The position numbers and the translations under genes are program-made. From positions 4,606 to 68,605 of the forward strand of contig CAYPCG010000002.1 of assembly GCA_964409175.1 (NCBI GenBank): a stretch of 64,000 bases of DNA. The letters run 5' to 3'. Numbering within the stretch: the first letter of the stretch is position 1; each line of letters opens with the position of its first letter. Below are positions 52,083-63,565 of this stretch, one piece after another. The stretch comes from an uncultured Burkholderiaceae bacterium (GTDB taxonomy: Bacteria > Pseudomonadota > Gammaproteobacteria > Burkholderiales > Burkholderiaceae_A). The notes under the pieces are model-generated. The model was not told the DNA's origin. It searched no databases and saw only the letters and a list, made by a program, of their open reading frames with translations.

Positions 52083-52963
52083 AGGTTGTGCTGGTCACCG
52101 GCATGTCCGGTTCGGGAAAATCCGTTGCATTAAATGTCTTAGAGGACGCCGGCTACTTTTGTATCGATAACCTGCCCGTGGATTTTCTGGAGCAGGTCGT
52201 CGCTGCACTCGGCCAACAAGGGCACCGACAAGTGGCGGTCGCGGCCGATGCAAGAACACGTGGATCGCTCAGCAACCTTGCCGAACGGTTAGATCGACTG
52301 CGACAAGATGGGCACGAGCTCAAGGTCATCTTCTTGAACTCGCGCGATGACACGTTGGTGCAGCGCTACTCGGAGACGCGCCGTCGTCACCCGTTAAGCC
52401 GCACTCTTGATCTGAGGGCACTCTCAGAAGATGCCGCATCACAGACGTTACTAGACTGCATTCATGCGGAACGCGAACTGCTCGCGGAGATTGAGCCGCT
52501 CGGCATCCCGTTAGATACCAGTGATCTTCAGCCACAGGTCCTACGACGCTGGGTAAAAGAACTGCTTGATCTTGAGTCTGTTCGGCTATCGCTCTTATTT
52601 CAGTCCTTTGCATTTAAAGATGGCATTCCGATGGATGCAGATCTGGTCTTCGATGCACGCTGTCTGCCCAATCCCCACTATGTGCCCGCACTGAAAGAAT
52701 TAACCGGGCGTGACAAACCGGTGATGGACTATCTCGCTGCTGAAACCACTGTCGGCGAAATGATCAATGACATCGCCAGTTATCTCCAGAAGTGGCTGCC
52801 ACGTCACGCGGAGGAACACCGCAGTTATCTCACCGTGGCCATCGGTTGTACAGGTGGCCAGCATCGATCGGTCTACATCAGTGAGCGACTGCGTGATCTC
52901 TTTAAGTCCTCGTATGCCTGTGCGGTTCGCCACCGGTCTCTGTCGCAACGGGGGCGAGCTTAG
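52079..52963 (+). CDS. rapZ: RNase adapter protein RapZ (YhbJ)
   Basis: [28 protein letters not shown] and CTGGQHRSV. Confidence 0.9.
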   Translation: MKVVLVTGMSGSGKSVALNVLEDAGYFCIDNLPVDFLEQVVAALGQQGHRQVAVAADARTRGSLSNLAERLDRLRQDGHELKVIFLNSRDDTLVQRYSETRRRHPLSRTLDLRALSEDAASQTLLDCIHAERELLAEIEPLGIPLDTSDLQPQVLRRWVKELLDLESVRLSLLFQSFAFKDGIPMDADLVFDARCLPNPHYVPALKELTGRDKPVMDYLAAETTVGEMINDIASYLQKWLPRHAEEHRSYLTVAIGCTGGQHRSVYISERLRDLFKSSYACAVRHRSLSQRGRA

Positions 52964-53987
52964 CCAGTAGCCGACTAACGGGCGTCGGGCAGGGCAGGGA
53001 TCGCGCCTCTGCCCAGGTCCATCGGGTGAGTCCTATCGGTGCGCCCACGGGTCGTTCCCCAGACCAGGCAAAACACCCTGCCTCGATATCCAGTTTGTAG
53101 TGCGTGAACTGATGCCGTAAGGAGACGATCGCGGTGCGCGTTCTCCCGACGCGCTGCCAGTCTTTCGGGGGATGCTGTAGATCCAGCTGCCAGGGCACCC
53201 ACAGGCTTGGCCAGATGCCTCGTTCTGGCTGCTGCATCAGCCAGACATGATGCTGGCTCATCAGCACTGCCCAATAAGCCTGTCGCGTCGGGACGCTCTT
53301 TTTGATTTTCGGGCGCGGAAACTCAGCAACACGTTGTTCACGGTGGGCGCTACAGTGCGGCCGTACAGGGCACTGATCGCACAACGGTTGACGCACCCGA
53401 CAGATCATCGCGCCAAGGTCCATGATGGCCTGTGTGTATGCGGGCATGCTCGCCGCCTCTCGCGGCAGACGCTCCTGCGCTCTTGGCCATAGCGCTTGAT
53501 GTAAAGCTGGGCTTCCCCAGGGCGCATCCGTGCAGGTTAGGCGCGCCAGCACACGCTGGACATTACCGTCGAGAATCGCCACACGTTCTTGGAACACCGT
53601 GGAGGCAATCGCCGCTGCAGTCGATCGGCCAATGCCCGGCAGTTTCTCCAACGCTTGCGCGCACGACGGAAAACGCCCCTGATGTTCTTGCACGACTGTC
53701 TGCGCGCAGCGCAGGAGATTGCGCCCTCGCTGGTAATAGCCAAGTCCCGCCCACAAGGCCAAGACCTCTTGCTCAGAGGCGCGTGCGAGATCTTCAAGCG
53801 TTGGAAATCGCGCAAGGAATCGATGGAAGTAGGGAATGACCGTGGCGACCTGTGTCTGCTGCAGCATGATCTCTGATAGCCAGACCCGATAGGGATCCAC
53901 TGGTGTGGTCTGCCAAGGTAGATCATGTCGACCCGAACGCTCATGCCAAGCAATGAGGTCGTCTGCAAAATCAGCGTTGGCAGCCAT
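52902..53987 (-). CDS. mutY: A/G-specific adenine DNA glycosylase
   Basis: LPWQ..DPYRVWLSEIMLQQTQV, HhH-GPD block LPGIGRSTAAAI, Fe-S cluster C..C..C..C, and a C-terminal NUDIX-like domain. Start set at the internal ATG at 53987. Confidence 0.9.
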   Translation of the reverse strand: MAANADFADDLIAWHERSGRHDLPWQTTPVDPYRVWLSEIMLQQTQVATVIPYFHRFLARFPTLEDLARASEQEVLALWAGLGYYQRGRNLLRCAQTVVQEHQGRFPSCAQALEKLPGIGRSTAAAIASTVFQERVAILDGNVQRVLARLTCTDAPWGSPALHQALWPRAQERLPREAASMPAYTQAIMDLGAMICRVRQPLCDQCPVRPHCSAHREQRVAEFPRPKIKKSVPTRQAYWAVLMSQHHVWLMQQPERGIWPSLWVPWQLDLQHPPKDWQRVGRTRTAIVSLRHQFTHYKLDIEAGCFAWSGERPVGAPIGLTRWTWAEARSLPCPTPVSRLLAKLAPVATETGGEPHRHTRT

Positions 53988-54819
53988 AGCAATAAAACGT
54001 ACTGCGTTGTTGCTGAACAATCCGACGAATCGGTCGCATGCACTTCGGGCACGGTCTGCCTTCGCGTCCATAGACCCGATGCGACTGACCATATCGACCC
54101 TTTGCACCGTCCGCGCTGACAAAGTCGCGAATCGTGCTTCCACCTGCATCAATCGCAGATTGCAAAATCTCACGGACGGCCACAGCAAGTCGCTCATAGC
54201 GTGCCAACGAGATTGCTCCCGCCGCGCGGGCCGGATGCAGTCCGCTGGCAAATAACGCTTCACAGGCGTAAATATTGCCCACACCGACCACTATGGATCC
54301 TTGCATCAGCCAAGGTTTTACCGCCGCACGAATCCGCCTCGATTGGGCATAAAGCAATTGACCGTCAAAGCGAGCATCAAACGGCTCAATGCCTTTCGCA
54401 CTCTCGCCCAGCACTGCACCGAGTGCCTGCGTGTCGGATACATCCGACTTCTCAAACCACTGAAATGATCCAAATCGTCTGGGGTCGTTATAGACCAGAT
54501 CACAGACCTGCTGATTCGGCAGCAGAAATCCAAGTCGTACGTGGTCGTGTTTCTCACTGGGAACATCCCGAGGACAGACCTGTGCAGCACCCGACATCCC
54601 AAGATGAATCGCAAGCCAGCCCGACGGGAATTCCAGAATCACAAACTTTGCACGCCGTGTCACATTCAGCAAGGGCTCTCCCACCAGACGGTCAACGGCC
54701 TGTTTAGGAAACGCATGTCGCAGCCGCTTGCCACTGAACCGCGCAGCCGCTAACCGCGCGCCCGCAAGCTGTCCACGCAATGACTGCACAACGACTTCTA
54801 CTTCGGGGAGTTCCGGCAT
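53971..54819 (-). CDS. mutM: Formamidopyrimidine-DNA glycosylase
   Basis: MPELPEVE N-terminus and a C-terminal zinc finger CPKC....CYGCQ. Start set at 54819. Confidence 0.92.
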   Translation of the reverse strand: MPELPEVEVVVQSLRGQLAGARLAAARFSGKRLRHAFPKQAVDRLVGEPLLNVTRRAKFVILEFPSGWLAIHLGMSGAAQVCPRDVPSEKHDHVRLGFLLPNQQVCDLVYNDPRRFGSFQWFEKSDVSDTQALGAVLGESAKGIEPFDARFDGQLLYAQSRRIRAAVKPWLMQGSIVVGVGNIYACEALFASGLHPARAAGAISLARYERLAVAVREILQSAIDAGGSTIRDFVSADGAKGRYGQSHRVYGREGRPCPKCMRPIRRIVQQQRSTFYCYGCQR

Positions 54820-54857
54820 GACACGACAAATCGATATTCGGGTAGTGTAGAACCCTG

Positions 54858-55892
54858 ATGATGACGAAAGTTTTCCCCTTCCGCATGTTGGGGGCCGCAC
54901 TGATTCTGGCGTCGGCCTCTGTAATCACCGCGCCGGCGCGCGCGGCCACCCCCAACCCATCAGCGCGGCTTTCCAATCAGGCGCTTGGTCAGCAACAGGC
55001 CAGCCTCATCTTTCAGATTCTTGCCAGCGAACTTGCGATCGCCCAGGGGGAGATTGGTATTGCGGCAGCGACTTATCTCAGTATTGCGCGCGAGACCAAG
55101 GACCCAGCCGCTGCCAAGCGCGCTACTGAGCTCGCGATTGCGGCCCGATCACCGAGTCACGCAGAGCAAGCAGCAGCGATCTGGCTCGCAGCAAATCCCA
55201 ATGACCCCGAGGCCCAGGGCACCCTTGATCTGCTTCAGCTTGCAGTAGGCGAGGGCGAGAAACTCGTGCGATCGCTGATGGTGCGCCGTCAGCGGGCGAT
55301 TGAGGCAAAAGAGCTGGATGGCTTTGTGGACTACGTTGCGGGGCTTGCCGGTCGCTCCCCAAATAAGCCTCTTGGCGTCTCGGTCTTTGAACGCGTCACG
55401 GCGCAGGATCGCGACAAGCCCAGCGTGACTTATACCCTTGCGATGCTCTATGAACGCGTCGATCGATTTGACGACATGGAACGCCTACTGCGCAGACTCA
55501 TTGCCAAGGAACCGTCGCATGCCCACGCCCGAAACGCCTTGGGTTATCACTTCGCCGATCGCAACCAGCGCCTTCCAGAGGCCTTAGCCCTGATCGAAGA
55601 GGCTCTCCGTCTTGCCCCAAACGACGCCCACATCATCGACAGCATGGGATGGGTCCAGTACCGCCTGGGCAATCTCGAGGCAGCAGAAAAGTACCTGCGA
55701 CAAGCCTATCGACAACAGCCTGACGCGGAAATTTCGACCCACCTTGGCGAGGTGCTCTGGGTCGCCGGCAAAACAGCCGAAGCGGAATCCTTCCTAAAGG
55801 CTGCCTTTCGGGCCGATCCGCGAAACGAAGTCCTGCTCGAGACCCTGAAGCGACTTGGCATCCCGGCCCTTCGCGTCCACCCACAACAGTAG
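54858..55892 (+). CDS. Secreted tetratricopeptide-repeat protein
   Basis: Signal peptide and repeated TPR-like helices (NALGYHFADRNQRLPEAL, GWVQYRLGNLEAAEKYL). Conserved position upstream of lolB. Confidence 0.75.
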   Translation: MMTKVFPFRMLGAALILASASVITAPARAATPNPSARLSNQALGQQQASLIFQILASELAIAQGEIGIAAATYLSIARETKDPAAAKRATELAIAARSPSHAEQAAAIWLAANPNDPEAQGTLDLLQLAVGEGEKLVRSLMVRRQRAIEAKELDGFVDYVAGLAGRSPNKPLGVSVFERVTAQDRDKPSVTYTLAMLYERVDRFDDMERLLRRLIAKEPSHAHARNALGYHFADRNQRLPEALALIEEALRLAPNDAHIIDSMGWVQYRLGNLEAAEKYLRQAYRQQPDAEISTHLGEVLWVAGKTAEAESFLKAAFRADPRNEVLLETLKRLGIPALRVHPQQ

Positions 55893-55899
55893 GACCAAT

Positions 55900-56442
55900 A
55901 TGCGCTGGTCCGGTCTTGCCCGTACGCTTTTCGTCCTGAGCCTTGCCGGACTGCCCTTGGGCTGTACCACCATTAGTCCGCTCCCCAGGTTTCAGCTTGA
56001 ACAGCCTGGCGAGCTCCTGGCACAGACCGCCTCTGGCCGATTCGTCTTACAGGGAACCGACGGCACAGGGCAGCCCCAAGGGGCCCAGGGACGATTTGAG
56101 TGGCTGACGTACGGATCAACTAATCCATCGCGCCAAGTGTTGATTTTAATTGGTCCGCTTGGCCAATCTGTAGGTGTATTAGAGAAAGTAAGTACTAACA
56201 ATAGTGTTGCTGTATACGACCATCAGGGCCTGCCGCTCGGCCCTGCGGACAGGCGCGATGTCTTAGTCCAGTTGTTGGGTCAGGACGCTGGGGGGCAGAC
56301 GCCTGAGCGTGATGTGGACGCCCTGTTGATCGAAGTAGTTCGCTTTTTTGGTGCGGCATCGATCGCAGGTCAGCGTCGGGCCGAGCACGGTTTTCGTCTG
56401 GGCCCGGCCCAGTTCACGCTCACTGTTCTGATGGATGCCTAG
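55900..56442 (+). CDS. lolB: Outer-membrane lipoprotein insertion protein LolB
   Basis: Lipobox LPLGCT, ~180 aa, position between the TPR gene and ispE. ATG at 55900 chosen. Confidence 0.72.
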   Translation: MRWSGLARTLFVLSLAGLPLGCTTISPLPRFQLEQPGELLAQTASGRFVLQGTDGTGQPQGAQGRFEWLTYGSTNPSRQVLILIGPLGQSVGVLEKVSTNNSVAVYDHQGLPLGPADRRDVLVQLLGQDAGGQTPERDVDALLIEVVRFFGAASIAGQRRAEHGFRLGPAQFTLTVLMDA

Positions 56443-56448
56443 GGAATC

Positions 56449-57399
56449 ATGTCCGAACTCACGCGCGCCGAAGCCCCCTTCTCGTTGAGCCTGTCGGCCC
56501 CTGCAAAGATCAATTTATTTCTGCACGTCACTGGCCGACGACCGGATGGCTACCACCTGCTCGAGAGTGTCTTTAGCCTGATCGACTGGTCCGACCAGAT
56601 TCGACTTGAGAAGCGATCCGACCCCGAGATCGTCCGTCATGGCGACCTGCTCGGAGACCCGGCGATGGATCTTGCCGTCCGGGCCGCCAAAGCCCTCCAG
56701 GCGCTCCCGGTCTGGGAAAAGCAGGGGCGGCCAGGCGCAATGATTGACGTGCACAAACAGATCCCTGCCGGGGCGGGGCTCGGAGGTGGCAGCTCGGATG
56801 CGGCCACAACGCTGATGGGGCTGAACCGGCTATGGGGCCTGGGACTCAGCCAGCAGACACTGGCCCAGATTGGCTTGTCGCTTGGCGCAGATGTTCCGTT
56901 TTTCCTGTTCGGGCAGACCGCTTTCGCCAGGGGTATTGGCGAGGACCTGATCCCTTTTGCGCTCCCACCCCGGTGGGTACTCATTGCGGTCCCTAAAAGC
57001 CCGGTGTCGACTGCGATCATCTTTCAAGACCCCGAATTGACACGCCATTCCAAACCCTTGAAAATCGCGGACTTCGCCCAAGCAGCCTCGGATCCCATTT
57101 GGAGGGCTGGCCACAACGATCTGGAGCCGGTGACCCGGCGGCATTTCCAAGACGTCGACCAGGTTCTGAAATGGCTCACCGCGACCGCCGTCAGCGAAGG
57201 CATCGCACCAGATGCAGTTCGAATGTCAGGTTCAGGTGGCGCAGTCTTTTGCACCGCATCAGACCAAGATCAGGCGGAACGCATGCTGCACCAGATGATG
57301 TCGTATCAGCAGTCAGTCGACGGTCAATGCCTGTCTCGATTGAAGGTCTGTCGGACATTAACGGTGCACCCCGAAACAGGGACTGTGTGGGGTGCGTAA
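56449..57399 (+). CDS. ispE: 4-diphosphocytidyl-2-C-methyl-D-erythritol kinase
   Basis: PAKINLFLHVTGRRPDGYH, and GHMP motif PAGAGLGGGSSDAA. Confidence 0.92.
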   Translation: MSELTRAEAPFSLSLSAPAKINLFLHVTGRRPDGYHLLESVFSLIDWSDQIRLEKRSDPEIVRHGDLLGDPAMDLAVRAAKALQALPVWEKQGRPGAMIDVHKQIPAGAGLGGGSSDAATTLMGLNRLWGLGLSQQTLAQIGLSLGADVPFFLFGQTAFARGIGEDLIPFALPPRWVLIAVPKSPVSTAIIFQDPELTRHSKPLKIADFAQAASDPIWRAGHNDLEPVTRRHFQDVDQVLKWLTATAVSEGIAPDAVRMSGSGGAVFCTASDQDQAERMLHQMMSYQQSVDGQCLSRLKVCRTLTVHPETGTVWGA

Positions 57400-57416
57400 G
57401 AACGTAAGTAACCCGT

Positions 57417-57493
57417 TGGGGAGTCGCCAAGTTGGTTAAGGCACCGGATTTTGATTCCGGCATTCGAGGGTTCGAATCCTTCCTCCCCAGCCA
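57417..57493 (+). tRNA. tRNA-Gln (anticodon UUG)
   Basis: Folded by hand: acceptor TGGGGAG/CTCCCCA, anticodon stem CCGGA/TCCGG with loop UUUUGAU, T-loop TTCGAAT, encoded CCA. Confidence 0.9.
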
Positions 57494-57525
57494 TTCACAA
57501 GCCTTGCCCGAGATGAGAGATTGAA

Positions 57526-58506
57526 ATGGTCGACCGCATATTGAACAAAGACGGCGGCGCCCCCGAAGGGCTGATGATCTTTACGGGTAACGCAAATCCC
57601 AAGCTTGCCGCGGATGTTGCGCGCCATCTAGGAACCCGTGTCGGGCGCGCGAATGTGGCCCAGTTCAGTGATGGCGAATCCACGGTGGAAATTCTTGAAC
57701 ACGTGCGGGGCAAGCACGTGGTGGTGCTGCAGTCCACCTGCGCCCCCGCGAACGACCACCTGATGGAAGTCATGTTGATGTGCGACGCGCTTCGTCGTGC
57801 CTCTGCCGAGCGGATCACCGCCGCGATTCCTTACTTCGGATACGCACGCCAAGACCGACGCGTTCGTTCATCACGCGTCCCGATCAGTGCCAAGGTCGTC
57901 GCTAATATGTTGCAGAGTGTTGGCGTTGATCGCGTTCTTACGATGGATCTGCACTCTGACCAGATCCAGGGATTTTTTGATATCCCGGTCGACAATATTT
58001 ATGCAGCACCAATTATTCTCGCCGACGTCTGGCAGCAGACCTATCCGAACCTGATGGTGGTGTCCCCCGATGTGGGCGGTGTGGTCCGTGCTCGCGCATT
58101 TGCCAAGCAGATGGACTGTGACCTCGCCATCATTGACAAACGGCGACCGAAGGCAAATCTCTCAGAAGTCATGAATATCATCGGTGACGTCAAAGGGCGA
58201 GTCTGCATGATCATGGACGACATGGTCGATACCGCCGGCACGCTGACTAAGGCTGCCCAGGCCCTGAAGGACCACGGCGCCGATCGCGTCGTGGCCTACT
58301 GTACCCATGCCGTGCTGTCGGGCGGGGCCATTGATCGCATCGCCCAGTCCGCCTTGGACGAACTGGTGGTGACCGATTCCATTCCGTTGTCTGCGGAGGC
58401 CCGGGCGGTTGGCCGGATTCGCGTATTATCGTGTGCCGGCCTTGTGGCCGAGACCATTCTCAGGATCGTCAAGTCGGACTCAGTGAGTTCGCTCTTTGTT
58501 GAGTAA
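57526..58506 (+). CDS. prs: Ribose-phosphate pyrophosphokinase
   Basis: [45 protein letters not shown]. Confidence 0.95.
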   Translation: MVDRILNKDGGAPEGLMIFTGNANPKLAADVARHLGTRVGRANVAQFSDGESTVEILEHVRGKHVVVLQSTCAPANDHLMEVMLMCDALRRASAERITAAIPYFGYARQDRRVRSSRVPISAKVVANMLQSVGVDRVLTMDLHSDQIQGFFDIPVDNIYAAPIILADVWQQTYPNLMVVSPDVGGVVRARAFAKQMDCDLAIIDKRRPKANLSEVMNIIGDVKGRVCMIMDDMVDTAGTLTKAAQALKDHGADRVVAYCTHAVLSGGAIDRIAQSALDELVVTDSIPLSAEARAVGRIRVLSCAGLVAETILRIVKSDSVSSLFVE

Positions 58507-58577
58507 CCTTTTTTAGCCCCTTTCATCCCACCAGATTGCTGGTCGCGGCAGCTGACTGAGTTGAAAGGATTTTTCAC

Positions 58578-58601
58578 CGTGTCAATGTCTGACACGTTTT
58601 T
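58578..58601 (+). terminator. Short hairpin plus U-run in the prs-rplY spacer (terminator or attenuator-like)
   Basis: CGTGTCA-atgtc-TGACACG followed by TTTTT. It ends 4 nt before the rplY AAGGAG Shine-Dalgarno. Confidence 0.4.
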
Positions 58602-58617
58602 GTCGAAGGAGTAGTAC

Positions 58618-59250
58618 ATGAAAGTTGTTGCGTCTTCCCGCACGGTGCAGGGATCGGGTGCGAGCCGCCGTCTCCGCCGTAGCGGTAAGGTACCGGGAAT
58701 TGTCTACGGTGCCAAAAAATCGCCTGTCAATATCGAGATGGACCATAACCCCATCCTGTTGGCATTAAAGGTCGAGTCTTTCCATTCGTCCATTCTTGAT
58801 CTGGAGATTGACGGCAAGGCTGAGCAGGTGCTGCTGCGTGACTATCAGATGCATCCCTACAAGCCTCTGGTTCAGCACGTGGATTTCCAGCGCATTGATG
58901 CCAATGCAAAGCTACAGACAAAAGTGCCGCTGCACTTCAAGAATCAGGATATCTCGCCTGCAGTGAAGCTGTCTGGTGCAATGGTCAGTCACGTGATGAA
59001 CGACGTACTGATCAGCTGTCTGCCCAAGGATCTGCCCGAGTTCATCGAGGTCGATCTCTCGACGCTGACCGTTGGCCACTCTGTCCACGTTCGCGATCTC
59101 GTGATGCCCGCAGGGGTCACGCCGGTGCTGCATGCGGGTGAGAACCCCACTGTCGTGACGGTCGCCTCTCCGGGTGGTGCAGCCGACGAGGGTGAAGGCG
59201 AAGCCGGTGGCGCAGCGCCCGCTGGCGGTGAGGCCAAGCCCGCTGCCTAA
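58618..59250 (+). CDS. rplY: 50S ribosomal protein L25/general stress protein Ctc
   Basis: [15 protein letters not shown], long Ctc form with an acidic/Gly-Ala tail. Confidence 0.92.
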   Translation: MKVVASSRTVQGSGASRRLRRSGKVPGIVYGAKKSPVNIEMDHNPILLALKVESFHSSILDLEIDGKAEQVLLRDYQMHPYKPLVQHVDFQRIDANAKLQTKVPLHFKNQDISPAVKLSGAMVSHVMNDVLISCLPKDLPEFIEVDLSTLTVGHSVHVRDLVMPAGVTPVLHAGENPTVVTVASPGGAADEGEGEAGGAAPAGGEAKPAA

Positions 59251-59273
59251 GCAGCAGGTGGTTTAGCCTGAAA

Positions 59274-59314
59274 AGGCTGCTCCAGGTTCTAAGATAAGAG
59301 TCCTGGCGCAGCCT
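59274..59314 (+). terminator. Imperfect long hairpin followed by a T-rich run after rplY
   Basis: AGGCTGCTCCAGG ... CCTGGCGCAGCCT (one mismatch, 15-nt loop), then TTCTTATTTCC. pth starts 13 nt later, so termination can only be partial. Confidence 0.35.
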
Positions 59315-59326
59315 TTCTTATTTCCT

Positions 59327-59944
59327 ATGCCCATCAAACTCATCGTTGGTCTTGGCAATCCTGGTCCCGAGTACGCGGACCATCGACATAACGTGGGCTT
59401 CTGGGTCGTCGACCGACTGGCAAAAACTCCGTGGTCACGAGAATCAAAATTTAAAGCAGAACTCTGTAAGACACGACTCGGTCATGACGACCGATGGCTC
59501 CTGAAGCCCACCACGTTCATGAATGCGTCTGGCGAGGCCGTCGGTGCGTTTGCGCGATTTCATCGACTCAACGCAGAAGAAATTCTGGTCATCCACGACG
59601 AATTAGATCTACTCCCGGGCGCTGTCCGACTCAAGCAGGGTGGCGGTCACGGCGGTCACAACGGCATTCGCGATATTGACAGTCATCTTGGCTCGGCTCA
59701 GTTTTGGCGTTGTCGGATCGGTATTGGCCATCCACGCACCCTTGGTCTCACCCAACAGGTCGCGGATTTCGTCCTTCATCCCCCGCGCCAGACAGAACAG
59801 TCTGCAATTGATCAAGCGATTGATGCCGTGATCCGCGAGATGCCCATAATTGTGAGCGACGAGTCTGCTAAAGCGCAGCGCACGCTACACAGCCTTGCCC
59901 CGATCACGCCGGTTGCCCCCGCTTCAGCGAATAAGGCGCCATAA
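59327..59944 (+). CDS. pth: Peptidyl-tRNA hydrolase
   Basis: LIVGLGNPGPEYADHRHNVGF and GGHGGHNGIRDI. Confidence 0.95.
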   Translation: MPIKLIVGLGNPGPEYADHRHNVGFWVVDRLAKTPWSRESKFKAELCKTRLGHDDRWLLKPTTFMNASGEAVGAFARFHRLNAEEILVIHDELDLLPGAVRLKQGGGHGGHNGIRDIDSHLGSAQFWRCRIGIGHPRTLGLTQQVADFVLHPPRQTEQSAIDQAIDAVIREMPIIVSDESAKAQRTLHSLAPITPVAPASANKAP

Positions 59945-59960
59945 CGCAGCGGTTATTGAT

Positions 59961-61055
<1,095 letters not shown>

Positions 61056-61114
61056 TTATGATTCTCAACAATCGTTAGGAGCAGGCGCGCAGATTTGTCG
61101 GCCCGTTCAAGGCG

Positions 61115-61384
61115 TTAATTATCGCTTTTTGTGGCGATGAGCGTTCCCAGGGCCTCGACCTTGGCCTGCAGGGCCTGGCGGGTCTCGACCCAGTCCGGGT
61201 TCAGCTCAATACAGGAGACTGGGCAGACCACCTGGCACTGAGGCTCGTCAAAGTGGCCAACACACTCCGTGCAGCGCGACGGATTGATCTCATAGATCTC
61301 CGGGCCCATATAAATCGCATCGTTCGGGCAGGCCGGCTCGCAGACGTCGCAGTTAATACATTGATCGGTAATCAGAAGCGCCAT
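61115..61384 (-). CDS. YfhL-type 4Fe-4S dicluster ferredoxin
   Basis: MALLITDQCINCDVCEPACPN and a second cluster CTECVG...CQVVCPV. Start set at the internal ATG at 61384. Confidence 0.85.
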   Translation of the reverse strand: MALLITDQCINCDVCEPACPNDAIYMGPEIYEINPSRCTECVGHFDEPQCQVVCPVSCIELNPDWVETRQALQAKVEALGTLIATKSDN

Positions 61385-61392
61385 AACGACGA

Positions 61393-62470
<1,078 letters not shown>

Positions 62471-62596
62471 GGGCTATCCCTGCCTGGCCACGACCGCCGA
62501 TCCCACAGGGATCGCCAATCGAGAGAGAGAAGATTCAGACGCTAGAATCAAGACTAATCGCACTCTTTTCGCCTTTACGCGACGCATAGACACGCA

Positions 62597-63541
62597 ATGA
62601 TAGGTTTTTTAGGACTCGGTCGGGCACTCGACCATCTCAAGATCAACAAGCTGAAAGAAGGGCTGACCAAGACGCGTGCGCATCTGGGGGCGTTATTTAC
62701 TGGCCGACGACTTGATGATGCCTGGTTTGATGACGTCGAAACTGCGCTGCTCACCGCGGACGTGGGCGTCATTGCCACCCAGGAACTGCTTGCCGCAATT
62801 CGACAAGAGGTCAAGACGCGAAAGCTCAATAACGAGAGTGCGCCCGAAGCCCTTCAACAGGCGGTCGCTGATTGCATTCGTGCGGCGCTGACGCCCATCT
62901 GCCCCACCCCCGACACGACGACGACGCGTCCGACGGTCGTGATGGTGGCCGGTGTCAACGGGGCAGGAAAGACGACGTCGATTGGCAAGCTGGCCCACAG
63001 CTGGAAAACAGAAGGGCGCAAGATTCTCTTAGGGGCAGGCGATACGTTTCGCGCTGCTGCACGTGAGCAGCTCATGGTCTGGGGTGAGCGCAATCAGGTC
63101 GATGTCATCGCCCAGGCGCAGGGCGATCCAGCCGCCGTTGCATTTGATTCCGTTAGCGCGGGTGTTGCCCGCGGCGTCGATATCGTCTTGGTCGACACGG
63201 CAGGGCGGTTGCCCACGCAGCTGCATCTGATGGAAGAACTCAAAAAAGTAAAACGAGTAATGGCCAAGGCGATGCCCGATGCACCGCATGAGGTCTGGCT
63301 GGTCATTGACGGGGGAACCGGTCAGAACGCGATCGCACAGGTCAAGGCATTTGATGATGCCCTCGGACTCACAGGTCTTATCGTCACCAAACTGGATGGC
63401 ACTGCAAAAGGTGGCGTGCTCTTAGCGATTGCGAGGCAACGGCCTATTCCGGTGCGCTATGTCGGCGTCGGAGAGGGCATCGATGATCTACAGGCATTTG
63501 ATCCCGATGCCTTTGCCAAGGCCTTAGTCGGCGAGATCTAG
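62597..63541 (+). CDS. ftsY: Signal recognition particle receptor FtsY (short, essentially NG domain only)
   Basis: [40 protein letters not shown]. 314 aa. Confidence 0.92.
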   Translation: MIGFLGLGRALDHLKINKLKEGLTKTRAHLGALFTGRRLDDAWFDDVETALLTADVGVIATQELLAAIRQEVKTRKLNNESAPEALQQAVADCIRAALTPICPTPDTTTTRPTVVMVAGVNGAGKTTSIGKLAHSWKTEGRKILLGAGDTFRAAAREQLMVWGERNQVDVIAQAQGDPAAVAFDSVSAGVARGVDIVLVDTAGRLPTQLHLMEELKKVKRVMAKAMPDAPHEVWLVIDGGTGQNAIAQVKAFDDALGLTGLIVTKLDGTAKGGVLLAIARQRPIPVRYVGVGEGIDDLQAFDPDAFAKALVGEI

Positions 63542-63552
63542 TCGGCGAGATC
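63525..63552. repeat. Perfect 14-bp tandem duplication (TAGTCGGCGAGATC x2) spanning the ftsY stop codon
   Basis: Read directly. Copy 1 is 63525-63538 and copy 2 is 63539-63552. The ftsY TAG is the first triplet of copy 2. Confidence 0.9.
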
Positions 63553-63565
63553 TCGCCAGCGACAT

